A stretch of DNA of 64,000 bases, from NCBI GenBank assembly GCA_030649895.1, contig JAUSEX010000037.1:3815-67814 (forward strand), given 5' to 3'. The notes below the pieces were generated by a model, which saw nothing but the letters and a program-made list of their open reading frames with translations, searched no databases and was not told where the DNA came from. Origin of the DNA: Candidatus Omnitrophota bacterium. GTDB taxonomy: Bacteria; Omnitrophota; Gorgyraeia; Gorgyraeales; Gorgyraeaceae. Positions 50,606 to 60,711 of the stretch are shown in pieces; within the stretch, counting starts at the first letter, position 1; each line of letters begins with the position of its first letter. The position numbers were made by a program, and so were the translations under genes.

Positions 50606-52075
50606 TTAGTATTTGGGCAATGTAAAGGTGAATCTGGTGCCTTTGCCTAGTTCGCTGTTGAACCAGATTTTGCCCTTGTGGGCCTCTACTATTTTTTTAA
50701 CAAGAGATAGCCCCAGTCCAGATCCTTTTATTTTCTGATCCAGGGCATTGTCCGCCCTGAAAAATTCCTGAAAAACTTTTGACATATCCTGGGGAGGGAT
50801 GCCTATGCCGGTATCTTCCACGCTGAATTGGATAACGTCATCAGTTTCTTCTATAAAAACGGTTACCACGCCTTTTTCCGGGGTGAATTTTACTGCGTTA
50901 CTTAAAAGATTCAGAAATACTCTTTCTATCTGGCTGTGATCAGCTTTTATTTTGTCGAATTTTATTTTGGAGTTTATTTTTAGCGAGATATTTTTTTCTT
51001 TAATTTGAGGTGTGATTATATCTATGATAGAATCCAGCAGCTCTTCTATGGAGAGATCTTTCAGCTCCATCTGGATCTTCCCGGATTCTATTCTGGCTAT
51101 ATCCAGGAGGTTGTTTATCAGATGAACCAGGCTGTTGGAGTGCTTATCTATTTTTTCCAGTCTCTCTTTCTGGGCCGGTAATACATCCCCTAGTTTACCT
51201 GTCATCAGTATGGAGGCGTAACCTTTTATAGATGTTAAAGGGGTCCTGAGCTCATGGGATACGCTGGATATGAAATCAGATTTCATTTTATTAAGATTTT
51301 TAAGATCTTCGTTTAAGTCCTCCAGTTCTTTGGTGCGTTCAGCAACTCTTCTTTCCAATTCTCTATGCGAACTGAAAAGTTCCGTATATAGCTTTGCATT
51401 TTCAATAGCTGTACCTATCAGGCCTGAGAGCATGGACACAAGGTCAGTATCGTCTTCTCCTGTTTTTCCGTACATAGAAGTATTCCCTATGATTAAGAAC
51501 CCGACGGGCTCCTCTCTTACCACAATAGGAGCCGATAGAAAAGATTCTACTTTCAGGAGATCCAGGAGATCCCATTTTCTGTCTATGTTTTCCAGCAATA
51601 TATTGACGAGCAGGGTTTTTTCTTTTTTAAATAGAAAATTTGCAAATTTTGTTTTATTGAGTTCCATTTCTATTGCTTTTATTTCAATATCGGAGTAACC
51701 CACAGAGCTTTTTATTGCCATGGTTGCCGAGGAATCGTCCTTAAACATAACAATTAATTTTGAAAAGCCTAGTTTTAACACAAAAGGATGATTTATCATG
51801 CTAAAGATAGTGTCTATATTAAAAGTGGAACTCACCTTTCTGCTAAGTTCGTGAAGCGTATACAGGCTGGCTATTTTTTTGTCCAGGTCTTCCTGCACCT
51901 TATTGAGAGCGAGGTCGGTTTTTATAATTATCTTTGCCTGGCTATCCAGCTGGTCTACGATATTTTGCAGCCTTTTGTTAAATTTTTCTGATTTTATGCG
52001 CCTGGTGATTTCAAAGTGATATAACATATAGAGAATCACGGTTGCCAGAGAGAATGCCGTTATAGGCATATTCAT
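50606..52075 (-). CDS. GAF sensor histidine kinase
   Basis: SHELRTPLTSI H-box, NLLSNAVKF, VEDTGIGI, GSGLGL; GAF region ending AIENAKLY. Confidence 0.95.
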   Translation of the reverse strand: MNMPITAFSLATVILYMLYHFEITRRIKSEKFNKRLQNIVDQLDSQAKIIIKTDLALNKVQEDLDKKIASLYTLHELSRKVSSTFNIDTIFSMINHPFVLKLGFSKLIVMFKDDSSATMAIKSSVGYSDIEIKAIEMELNKTKFANFLFKKEKTLLVNILLENIDRKWDLLDLLKVESFLSAPIVVREEPVGFLIIGNTSMYGKTGEDDTDLVSMLSGLIGTAIENAKLYTELFSSHRELERRVAERTKELEDLNEDLKNLNKMKSDFISSVSHELRTPLTSIKGYASILMTGKLGDVLPAQKERLEKIDKHSNSLVHLINNLLDIARIESGKIQMELKDLSIEELLDSIIDIITPQIKEKNISLKINSKIKFDKIKADHSQIERVFLNLLSNAVKFTPEKGVVTVFIEETDDVIQFSVEDTGIGIPPQDMSKVFQEFFRADNALDQKIKGSGLGLSLVKKIVEAHKGKIWFNSELGKGTRFTFTLPKY

Positions 52076-52077
52076 AG

Positions 52078-53274
52078 TTACTCCGAAAATAATGTTATAG
52101 AAATACTATGGTTATTAAAACAATACTGGCTGCCGGCGGATTCAGTTGCGTTAAAAAGCCCGTATTCTCCGAGAGTATAGCAGCCCAGGATAGGCGTTTC
52201 TTTGCCTATAGTTTCTTTTACGATGTCTATTTCTTTATAAGCGTCATTTCTCAGGAGCAAAAGCCTGCTTATGTCGCTAAACATAACCGCAAATTTTATT
52301 TTTGTATCTTTTATATAGCTTAAGGCTTCTTTTGCAGCATTTTTTGCTGATTCAAGGATCAGATCTTTATCGCTTATCATCAGGCTGATATCTTCATCTT
52401 CTTTGATGTCTGCATTTAGCGCCAGGCTTCCGTTGTCCCCCGCCATCAAAGGTATCCTCGTGATATAGTTTTTGTTTTCATCTGTTTGGCGTATTCCTAA
52501 AGGATATCTTATGCCTAATTTAAAAATCCAGTCATTTGTAATTTCCTGAGGGGATATTTCAAAATAATCTTCATATATTTTTACAGCTGCTTTTTTGTCT
52601 ATTTCTTTTATAATATTAGAGTTAGCCTTTGTGACTTTATGCGGTTTTCCTATAGGCTGCCAGCAACTGGATTGCCCCATGCCTAGTACCAAATTTCCTG
52701 ATATAATAGCCCCTATTACGGAATCATTATGTATTTCATTGTCAGCGTACTGGGATGCCTTTGAACCGTATAAGTTGTTGCACGCGCCTCCCCCTATTAT
52801 GGGAAAATATGTTCCAAGCACTTCTTGCGCGCCTCTTAAGATATCAGCGCTATTTCCGGAAACGCCGTCGGAAAACATTAGATAGGCCTGCTTAATGCCG
52901 CGGTTTTTTATTGAGCCAAAAGCTTTTAAGGCTGCCTTGCTTCCAGCCAAACGGGAATTATTGCTTACTTTGTCGCCTGTCCCACAGAAAAATTTGATAG
53001 AATCGGAACTGATTATAAAAACAGTTACTGAGTTTTGATTAGAGCCATAGCTTGAGATAGATCCTATGCTAGAACATCCTATCAGAGGCGTATCTTTTAT
53101 TATAGAACGCACCCCTTTTATTGCCTCATGTTGGATGTATATTGCAGATATGAATATAATTAATATACTGGGGTTATTTTTTTCAATTTGATGATAGGCG
53201 CTTAAGGCAGCTTCTTTACCTGCAGCGAGGGAATCTAATTTAGTGCTTATACCTGTTCCTATTAGAGTGGCCAT
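52078..53274 (-). CDS. FIST-domain signal transduction protein
   Basis: PLIGCS, FSDG, PIIGGGA, W.PIG, N.I.EID.K.A, GCYTLGE. Confidence 0.9.
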   Translation of the reverse strand: MATLIGTGISTKLDSLAAGKEAALSAYHQIEKNNPSILIIFISAIYIQHEAIKGVRSIIKDTPLIGCSSIGSISSYGSNQNSVTVFIISSDSIKFFCGTGDKVSNNSRLAGSKAALKAFGSIKNRGIKQAYLMFSDGVSGNSADILRGAQEVLGTYFPIIGGGACNNLYGSKASQYADNEIHNDSVIGAIISGNLVLGMGQSSCWQPIGKPHKVTKANSNIIKEIDKKAAVKIYEDYFEISPQEITNDWIFKLGIRYPLGIRQTDENKNYITRIPLMAGDNGSLALNADIKEDEDISLMISDKDLILESAKNAAKEALSYIKDTKIKFAVMFSDISRLLLLRNDAYKEIDIVKETIGKETPILGCYTLGEYGLFNATESAGSQYCFNNHSISITLFSE

Positions 53275-53293
53275 ATTTTTATACTCATCAAGA

Positions 53294-53322
53294 ATAATAC
53301 CTAATAAGGCATACTATGTCAA
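53294..53322 (-). promoter_or_regulatory. Sigma70-type promoter of the FIST-HK-GGDEF operon
   Basis: Minus strand TTGACA (53322-53317)-17 bp-TATTAT. Confidence 0.6.
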
Positions 53323-53364
53323 TAGTTTTATTGATTTCCTGGCCCAAAAAAGGTAAATTTCATC

Positions 53365-53392
53365 TTGACAAAATCAAAAAAATCATTAAAAT
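53365..53392 (+). promoter_or_regulatory. Sigma70-type promoter upstream of tRNA-Glu
   Basis: TTGACA-16 bp-TAAAAT. Confidence 0.6.
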
Positions 53393-53494
53393 AGTACTAG
53401 TACTTTATAAGATATATAAGACTTTAATGCTGTTCTTTAATATAATTTTAAATTAACCAAGAGGCCGGGTAATGATGCGGATTAGAGAACTATA

Positions 53495-53572
53495 GGCCCT
53501 ATCGTCTAGCCTGGTCTAGGACAGGTGGTTCTCAGCCATCAGACAGGGGTTCAAATCCCCTTGGGGCTACCA
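53495..53572 (+). tRNA. tRNA-Glu (CTC)
   Basis: Acceptor ggcccta/tggggct, anticodon arm ggtgg-ttCTCag-ccatc, GTTCAAA T-loop, encoded CCA. Confidence 0.93.
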
Positions 53573-53629
53573 AACCGTATTAAAAGCATAGTTGCTTAAT
53601 AATGGATAAACTAAAGAAAGGGGGATGTA

Positions 53630-53878
53630 GTGGATAAAAAGTACAAGGTCTTGGGAATTAGTTCTGTGGTATTTAAAGTTTTATCTTGGGCTTCTCTGGC
53701 AATAGGAATAGTAGCTGCTATCATTATATTCATAGGAGGTGGCACGCCAGATGCACCTAGAGCAACGGGTTTTATAGGGATTTTATTAGGAGTGATTTAT
53801 TTTTTTATATTCCTTGTTGCGTCAGAGGTAATAACGCTACTTTTAGAGATACACTCAAAAGTTGAAAAGGGCGCATAA
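53630..53878 (+). CDS. Small two-TM membrane protein
   Basis: GTG start after a ggggga RBS; two hydrophobic helices. Confidence 0.75.
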   Translation: MDKKYKVLGISSVVFKVLSWASLAIGIVAAIIIFIGGGTPDAPRATGFIGILLGVIYFFIFLVASEVITLLLEIHSKVEKGA

Positions 53879-53969
53879 TTTTTTAAGATATCTAATAAGT
53901 TATTTTTAATAATATATTTAGAAATAGAAGTTATCTATGAAGTATATAGTACGTAAGGGGGGCGCATAA

Positions 53970-54305
53970 ATGAAAATGAGTGATTTCGTAGAGAAGAGAA
54001 GATCCAGGAGATTGAATTTGTCTCTTCCTATGGTGCTCAGGCGGCTTACCGGGGAAGGCAAAGAAGAAGTCGTAGAAGCAGTAACCTCCAATGTAAGCTA
54101 TGATGGGGTATGTATAAGTGATGTGGATTTAAAAGATATAAAGCCGAATGATAATTTACAGATAACCCTTTCAGTGCCACGAGATGATTCAAGAGATTTC
54201 CCCTTTTCCCGTATTATTGGCAAGGCAAGGGTAGTTAGGGCCGGGATGGAAACTTACGCACTTGAGTTTAGCGAAGATGTATCTCGGCTTTGTATCGCTA
54301 ATTAA
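53970..54305 (+). CDS. Stand-alone PilZ-domain protein
   Basis: EKRRSRR (RxxxR) and NVSYDG (D/NxSxxG), ARVVR...ALEF. Confidence 0.85.
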   Translation: MKMSDFVEKRRSRRLNLSLPMVLRRLTGEGKEEVVEAVTSNVSYDGVCISDVDLKDIKPNDNLQITLSVPRDDSRDFPFSRIIGKARVVRAGMETYALEFSEDVSRLCIAN

Positions 54306-54385
54306 AGAACTGTTTCTTGTTTCGTTCCTTTCAGTGGCAAGATTCGGAATTAAATTTGCAAAGCAAATTCAAAAGGATGAAATGC

Positions 54386-55702
54386 ATGAATAAGAAGCTT
54401 TGTATTTTTTTTATACTTTCTTTGTTTATCGTTTTTTTAAGTCTTTCTTTAGTGGGATGCGGGCCTAAAGCACAGAATAAAGAGCAGGTTAAAACAATAA
54501 AAGTGTGGCATTGGATGAGCGACAGGGAGAAAGCATTCCTTGAGCTTGCCAAAAGATATGAAATTGAAACAGGCATAAGGGTGAATTTTGAGCTTTATGC
54601 GCCTTCCGATGCATATGCCCAGAAAGTAAGAGCAGCCGCCCAGACAAACACCCTTCCGGATATATACGGGATCTTGGGAGAAAAAAGAGATTTTGCAAGT
54701 TTTATAAAGGCAGGCTATGTATATGACATTACAGAAGAAATGGATAAAAATGAGGGCGCCTGGAAAAATAAGTTATTTGCAAAGGCCCTTAGCGTAAATG
54801 AATTTGGGCAGGGTAATAGTTTCGAAGTCAAGCCGGGCATATATGGCGCGCCTATAGATGTCACTAATATGCAGATGCTTTATAATAAGGATTTACTGAA
54901 AGCAGTTGGCGTTGACCCGTCAAATCCTCCAAGGACATGGAAAGATTTGGTAGCTGTAAATAGAAAACTGAAAGCAAAGGGTATTCAAGGGTTGGTGAGC
55001 GGATGGGGAGAGACATGGATGATAGATTGTTTCGCGTCTAATTACGCGTTTAACATAATGGGCAAAGACAAGGTTCTTGATACTATACGCGGCAAAATCC
55101 CTTATACGGATCCCGATTGGATAAAAGTTTTTGACCTGTTCCGCGAGATGAGAGACGAAGGAATTTTTGCTTCCGGCATAGTCACCATGGTCAACAAAAC
55201 AGCAGAGCAGCTTTTTGCAAATAACAGGGCTGCGTTTGCATTTAACGGTTCGTGGTGTGTTAACGTTTATAGAGGCATGAACCCTGATTTAAATTACGGG
55301 GCGATGCTTCCCCCTGAGGCTTCAGACAAATATCCCATGACCATCTGGGGCGGGGCAGGGTCCAGCTTTATGGTGAATAAGCAATCCAAAGAGGCTCAGC
55401 TGGCAGTGGATTTTTTAAAATGGATAACAGACGCGCCTCAGCAGGTTTTTCTTTCAAAAGAGACGCAGGATTTACCTTCTAATAAAAACAGTTTAAAGGA
55501 TATGCCCATGGTGCTTTCTCAGTTTGCGAATGCCATGGATAACACCACTCATCCGAACGCTTGGGGCGTATCGGAGTTTCCTGTTGTCATAGAGGCGTTT
55601 GACAAGGGCATACAGTCCATTATTATAGGCGAGAAAACCCCGGAACAACTTGCAAGGGAAGTGCAGCAGGTTAAAGAACGCGAAATAGCTAAGAAGCAAT
55701 GA
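54386..55702 (+). CDS. Sugar ABC transporter substrate-binding lipoprotein
   Basis: Lipobox LVGC; LPDI, LYNKDLL..G..PP.TW, FANNRAAF..NGSW. Start placed at ATG 54386 behind aaaagga. Confidence 0.92.
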   Translation: MNKKLCIFFILSLFIVFLSLSLVGCGPKAQNKEQVKTIKVWHWMSDREKAFLELAKRYEIETGIRVNFELYAPSDAYAQKVRAAAQTNTLPDIYGILGEKRDFASFIKAGYVYDITEEMDKNEGAWKNKLFAKALSVNEFGQGNSFEVKPGIYGAPIDVTNMQMLYNKDLLKAVGVDPSNPPRTWKDLVAVNRKLKAKGIQGLVSGWGETWMIDCFASNYAFNIMGKDKVLDTIRGKIPYTDPDWIKVFDLFREMRDEGIFASGIVTMVNKTAEQLFANNRAAFAFNGSWCVNVYRGMNPDLNYGAMLPPEASDKYPMTIWGGAGSSFMVNKQSKEAQLAVDFLKWITDAPQQVFLSKETQDLPSNKNSLKDMPMVLSQFANAMDNTTHPNAWGVSEFPVVIEAFDKGIQSIIIGEKTPEQLAREVQQVKEREIAKKQ

Positions 55703-56592
55703 ATAATATGCGCACCAAGACAATTTTTCAAAATTATCTATTTGTGTTACCCGCGGTTTTAATATTTTCAATATTCTACATCTACCCTTTCTATAAGGTA
55801 TTTACCTTATCTTTGTGCCAATGGGATGGCATTGCGAGATTTGATTTTGCCGGAAATTTTATAGGCTTAAGAAATTTTATTGAACTGTTCCAGGATAAGA
55901 TCTGGTGGGGCGCAATGCTTCAGGCAGGTTACATAACCCTGATAGCTTTGACGTTTCAAAATGCCCTCGCGCTGATCCTGGCTTTTGCGTGCGACAGAAA
56001 TATAAAAGGCGGGCATATCTATAGGGTTATATTTTATTTACCGCTTGTTCTTTCAGAAGTTGTAGTAGGCCTTGTATGGAAATGGATATATGACGGCAAT
56101 TATGGGCTTTTGAATCACTGGCTTGCATCTATGGGGTTTTCAAACCTTGTTACTGACTGGCTCTCAAACCCGAATACAGCGCTTACCTGCGTAGCTATAA
56201 TACATTGCTGGAAAGGCTTCGGATGGGGGTTTATCATTTTTTTGGCAGGACTACAGACAATCCCCAGACAGTTATACGAGGCAGCCAGGGTTGATGGCGC
56301 GTCAAGCTGGCAGATGTTTAAGAGCGTCACAATGCCTCTTATGGTACCTGTATTTATACTCGTGTCTATTCTGACAATCCTTGGCACAATGCAGGTATTT
56401 GTCCTGATACTTTCAATGACAGACGGCGGGCCTGGATATCACACAGAGGTGCCTGTCACAAGGATCCTTGCGTCAATGGTAGATTCTTCAAGATTCGGAT
56501 ACGCGTGCAGTCAGGGCGTGATGTTTGGAATGGTTCTTCTGGCTGTTTCGTTTGTGCAGATAAAGTTATCGAAATATATGAAACAAGCATAG
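55699..56592 (+). CDS. Sugar ABC transporter permease
   Basis: FIGLRNF, LAGLQTIP.QLYEAARVDGAS (EAA loop). Confidence 0.95.
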   Translation: MNNMRTKTIFQNYLFVLPAVLIFSIFYIYPFYKVFTLSLCQWDGIARFDFAGNFIGLRNFIELFQDKIWWGAMLQAGYITLIALTFQNALALILAFACDRNIKGGHIYRVIFYLPLVLSEVVVGLVWKWIYDGNYGLLNHWLASMGFSNLVTDWLSNPNTALTCVAIIHCWKGFGWGFIIFLAGLQTIPRQLYEAARVDGASSWQMFKSVTMPLMVPVFILVSILTILGTMQVFVLILSMTDGGPGYHTEVPVTRILASMVDSSRFGYACSQGVMFGMVLLAVSFVQIKLSKYMKQA

Positions 56593-56604
56593 TATGGGAA
56601 AATT

Positions 56605-57453
56605 ATGAAAGAAGGCGCGAAGTATAAAGTAGAGAAATTTTTAAAAGACAGCGTGATACATATTCTGCTTATCATTGTGTCTATCGGATGCCTTTTCCCG
56701 CTTTTGTGGATGGTTGGTTCCAGCCTTAAAACACAGCAGACGATATTTTCAGATATGAGCGTCTTCCCTAAAAATCCTGCGTGGGGTAATTTTTATAGCG
56801 CGTGGACAAAAGGCGAATTTGGGATGTATTTCCTGAACAGTCTGTTTTATACTGTAACAGTTGTATTTTGCATAGTCATTATTTCGTCTCTGGCAGCTTT
56901 CGCATTTTCCAGGCTGAAGTTTCCAGGTAAGAATATCCTTTTTTATATGTTTCTTGGGGCTATGATGATACCTCTTCCGGGAAGCTTTGTGCCTCTTTAC
57001 GTCCTTATGACAAGGCTTCATCTGGTAAATACGAGGATAGGTTATATACTCTGCATGATAAACGTAGGGCTTTCTTTCAGTATATATCTGCTAAAGACGT
57101 TTTTTGACAAAATGCCGACTGAGCTGGAAGATGCGGCCCGCATAGACGGATGCTCGAGATTAGGGATATGGTGGAACATGGCTCTTCCGCTTGCAAGACC
57201 TGCAATAGCTGTTATAGTGATATTTAATTCCCTTAATGTATGGAACGAATATATACTAGCTACGTTGATATTTTCAAGTAAAAATCTGATGCCTTTACAA
57301 AGAGGCCTTATGATATTCCAGGGGATCCATGTTACCGAGTACCCGCTTTTAATGGCAGGCATGACAATTACCGCCTTGCCGATAATTTTAGTGTATCTGA
57401 TAATGCAGAGGCATATTATTAAAGGTATAACAGCTGGAGTGATAGTAGGATGA
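56605..57453 (+). CDS. Sugar ABC transporter permease
   Basis: AAFAFSRLKFPG, ELEDAARIDG, WNEY. Confidence 0.95.
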   Translation: MKEGAKYKVEKFLKDSVIHILLIIVSIGCLFPLLWMVGSSLKTQQTIFSDMSVFPKNPAWGNFYSAWTKGEFGMYFLNSLFYTVTVVFCIVIISSLAAFAFSRLKFPGKNILFYMFLGAMMIPLPGSFVPLYVLMTRLHLVNTRIGYILCMINVGLSFSIYLLKTFFDKMPTELEDAARIDGCSRLGIWWNMALPLARPAIAVIVIFNSLNVWNEYILATLIFSSKNLMPLQRGLMIFQGIHVTEYPLLMAGMTITALPIILVYLIMQRHIIKGITAGVIVG

Positions 57454-59798
57454 AACTAAATAGAGGTTGCAAGAGTTTGCTGGGGGCGGCGTTAATTGCA
57501 TTATTTGTGCTATGCCCTGGCCGTCATGCTCAATCCGAAGAGACGGGCGATGCAAATTTGTCTCCCAAGGACATGATTGTCCGCGCGTGGGAGGCGTGGG
57601 GCGCAAAGAATTATGAGAGGACTTTTTACTGGACTGATAAGTGCATAGGCGAGTATAGCGAGGAGGCGAAAAAAGAGCAGGCGTCTTTAAGCGATTTTCC
57701 TCCAACAGATATTATGGATCAATACGAGACCCTGAACGCAGTAGGCACGAGTTTTTTTATTCAGGGCGAGGCGTATCTTTCCCAGGGAAAGATTGGAGAG
57801 GCAAAGAAGGCCTTTAGTATGGCTATAAAAGATTATAGTTTTGCCCAGAACTGGGATCCAAGAGGCTGGTACTGGAGCGTAAAGGAAAAAAGCGAGGCCA
57901 CCATAGAAAAATCAGAGAAAAAACCTGATGTGGCTGATGAAAAAAGGCCAAAACCAGCGCCTGGTTTTAAGAAAAAACCCAGCACCACTATCACGCTTTA
58001 CGATCCAGGCAAAGAGGCAATTGTAGATTATAAAAAATATGGATATTTTAAAAATGTCGGCACTGATAAATATGCATATGTCACAAAGGACCAGGAAGGG
58101 CTTTCACAGGCAGCAGGGGAGGCCATATATCCAAACACATCGAGCGTAAACTGGGATCTGAACTATAAAAAGGTCAAGGACGAAGGTAGGCTGGAAGGAA
58201 GCCACTGGGATTTTGTGAATACGGATGACCTGGAGGCAAATTTTTACAAATGGTCCGGCGCGCCTGAACCTCAGGGCGTGCGTATGTTTTATACGGGGTT
58301 AAGCCTTGAGAAATCAGGCCTTCTAGAACACGCGATAAAAGCGTATTATTCCATAGTTATACACTTTCCAAAGTCAGTAGGCTGGACTTATTTTCGTACG
58401 CCATGGTACATATCCCAGGTTGCCATTGACAGGATAGATTTTTTATTAAGGACCCATCCTGAACTTAAGATGGAGCTAACGGGAGCCAGGATAAAGGTAG
58501 AGAACGGTTTTGACGATATTCTTGCAAACGACAGGTTAGTTGTTAATCCGGGAGAACTCAGGAAAATAGATTTTTTATATAGGGTAAAAAGTATTGTAAA
58601 AAATAGTATACTTAAAGGCTATATCGCAAAAAAAGGCAGGGTTGTGAAGCAGATAGGTGACGGAAAAGTGGATCTTGTTAAATACGAAAACAACCACTGG
58701 CAGTTAAGGGTGGAAGGCAAGCCTTATATTATCAAAGGCGTTGCGTATTCCCCGAGTAAAATAGGCCAAAGCCCTGACGAAGGCACCCTGGAAGACTGGA
58801 TGCAGGCGGACTACAATAAAAATGGAAAGATAGACGGGCCTTATGACACGTGGGTGGATAAGAATTTAAATAACACGCAGGATTCGGATGAAAAGGCAGT
58901 GGGCGATTTTCAATTATTAAAGGAAATGGGATGCAATACAATCAGGCTATATCATCACGCCTCAAATAAGGAGCTTTTAAAGGAACTTTATCGGCGTTAT
59001 GGTATAATGGTGATAATGGGGGATCTCCTGGGGGCGTATACGGTGGGTTCAGGCGCAGGCTGGTATGAAGGAACGGATTACGCAAATCCTGAACACAGGA
59101 AGAATATGCTTGAGAGCGTCAAAAAGATGGTGGAGGAGTTTAAAGACGAGCCATATGTGCTTTTCTGGATGCTCGGAAATGAAAATAATTATGGCGTAGC
59201 TAATAATGCAAAAAGAAACCCAAAAGCTTATTACGAATTCGTAAACGAAGCGGCTATTATGATAAAGTCTATGGACAGAGACCATCCGGTGGGAATCTGT
59301 AATGGAGATCTTACATTCCTGGATATATGCTCCAGCTTGGCGCCTAACGTGGACATATACGGTTCAAACGTATACAGAGGTAAATACGGGTTCGGCACGA
59401 GTTTCTGGGAGAATGCGAAAGATATATGGGGAAAACCTGTTGTGATAACGGAATATGGTTGCCCTGCATACATGGAAGGAAAATCCGAAGAGATCGCTCA
59501 GGAAGCTCAGGCAGAATATCTTAAAAACGCGTGGCAGGATATTGTGTATAATTCAGCCGGTAGTTCTGGCACAGGAAACTCTATAGGCGGGATGCTTTTT
59601 GAATGGGTTGACGAGTGGTGGAAGGCGTATGAGTCTTCAGTGCATGACTCGAAAAGAAACTGGTCAGGCCCTTTTCCTGACGGGTGGAATTACGAAGAGT
59701 GGCTTGGCGTATGCAGCCAGGGTGACGGGAAATCCAGCCCATTTTTAAGACAGCTCAGAAAGACTTATTTTACTTATAAGGAAATGTGGAATAAGTAG
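57450..59798 (+). CDS. Secreted TPR + clan GH-A (GH2-TIM/GH158-like) glycoside hydrolase
   Basis: Signal peptide; TPR-like helices; VEGKPYIIKGVAY, GCNTIRLY, WMLGNENNY, KPVVITEYG, FEWVDEWWK. Confidence 0.85.
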   Translation: MKLNRGCKSLLGAALIALFVLCPGRHAQSEETGDANLSPKDMIVRAWEAWGAKNYERTFYWTDKCIGEYSEEAKKEQASLSDFPPTDIMDQYETLNAVGTSFFIQGEAYLSQGKIGEAKKAFSMAIKDYSFAQNWDPRGWYWSVKEKSEATIEKSEKKPDVADEKRPKPAPGFKKKPSTTITLYDPGKEAIVDYKKYGYFKNVGTDKYAYVTKDQEGLSQAAGEAIYPNTSSVNWDLNYKKVKDEGRLEGSHWDFVNTDDLEANFYKWSGAPEPQGVRMFYTGLSLEKSGLLEHAIKAYYSIVIHFPKSVGWTYFRTPWYISQVAIDRIDFLLRTHPELKMELTGARIKVENGFDDILANDRLVVNPGELRKIDFLYRVKSIVKNSILKGYIAKKGRVVKQIGDGKVDLVKYENNHWQLRVEGKPYIIKGVAYSPSKIGQSPDEGTLEDWMQADYNKNGKIDGPYDTWVDKNLNNTQDSDEKAVGDFQLLKEMGCNTIRLYHHASNKELLKELYRRYGIMVIMGDLLGAYTVGSGAGWYEGTDYANPEHRKNMLESVKKMVEEFKDEPYVLFWMLGNENNYGVANNAKRNPKAYYEFVNEAAIMIKSMDRDHPVGICNGDLTFLDICSSLAPNVDIYGSNVYRGKYGFGTSFWENAKDIWGKPVVITEYGCPAYMEGKSEEIAQEAQAEYLKNAWQDIVYNSAGSSGTGNSIGGMLFEWVDEWWKAYESSVHDSKRNWSGPFPDGWNYEEWLGVCSQGDGKSSPFLRQLRKTYFTYKEMWNK

Positions 59799-59888
59799 GA
59801 AGGAGGTGTATTTTATAGAAATAAAAATAAATGTTAATCGCGCGTAGATAGCGCGGGGAAATAAAGCAGCAGAACAAAGGAGGGAAAG

Positions 59889-60605
59889 GTGAAAAAAAGT
59901 TTGAGTTTAACATTATTGGCAGCAGCGGGACTGATAGTATTCAGCGTAGCTAGTTGTGGCGGATCAAGTCAACCGCAGGCAAAGTCCAATGTTTCGGAAG
60001 AAGCAAAGCAGGTTGCAAAAGCAAATTATTCTTATGATGAAGAAAATGCTTATAGTACGGTTTCTTCCGGCAAGGGAACAATATCGGGCTTTAAGGGTTT
60101 TTCTGTTTATACGGACGCAAGATCTCCTGATAACCATTACATAGCTTCAGGTTACATGGGGGATTACTCAGACGTTAAGATAGATAACGCAAGTTTTGAC
60201 AACCCGCACAGTGGCACTACCTGCATCAAGGTTGCTTATTCAAACGCCTCGAGCCAGGGCGCAAGATGGTCAGGCATGTATTGGCAGAGCCCTGCAAATA
60301 ATTGGGGTGATAAAAAAGGCGGGTTTGATCTGACAGGCGCCACAAAACTCACATTGTGGGTAAGAGGCGCAAAGGGCGGGGAGAGGATAGAGGAGTTCAA
60401 GATAGGCGGTATAACAGGCCTTTATCCTGATTCAGATATAGCAGGTATAGGACCCGTGCTATTGACTACAGAATGGCAGAGGCACGAAATAGACCTGAGC
60501 GGCAAGGACCTCAGCTACATAAGCGGAGGATTTTGCTGGTCAAGCAATTTAGACGTGAATCCTGACGGCGTTACTTTTTATCTAGATGATATAAAGTACG
60601 AATAG
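59889..60605 (+). CDS. Lipoprotein with a galactose-binding-like carbohydrate-binding module
   Basis: Lipobox VASC; SGYMGD, W.G.YW..PANNWG, DLTGATKL..W.RG..GGE, LT.EWQ..EIDL, FYLDDI.YE. Confidence 0.75.
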   Translation: MKKSLSLTLLAAAGLIVFSVASCGGSSQPQAKSNVSEEAKQVAKANYSYDEENAYSTVSSGKGTISGFKGFSVYTDARSPDNHYIASGYMGDYSDVKIDNASFDNPHSGTTCIKVAYSNASSQGARWSGMYWQSPANNWGDKKGGFDLTGATKLTLWVRGAKGGERIEEFKIGGITGLYPDSDIAGIGPVLLTTEWQRHEIDLSGKDLSYISGGFCWSSNLDVNPDGVTFYLDDIKYE

Positions 60606-60634
60606 TGGCGTAAATACTTAGCAGAAAAACAAGG

Positions 60635-60701
60635 TATTCTTAGAGCGAAGCCGAAGGTCGAGTCGAGAGGCTCTCGACTCGACTCGCTCGCTCGAAGAAT
60701 A
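60635..60701. repeat. Intergenic GC-rich palindromic (REP-like) element
   Basis: Core gtcgagtcgaga-ggc-tctcgactcgac; outer arms tattctt.gagcga / tcgctc.aagaata. Confidence 0.75.
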
Positions 60702-60711
60702 TTAATGAATT

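Noticed and set aside
49351-53572. tRNAs as prophage or island attachment sites
   Set aside because: No integrase and no duplicated tRNA 3' end were seen in the window.
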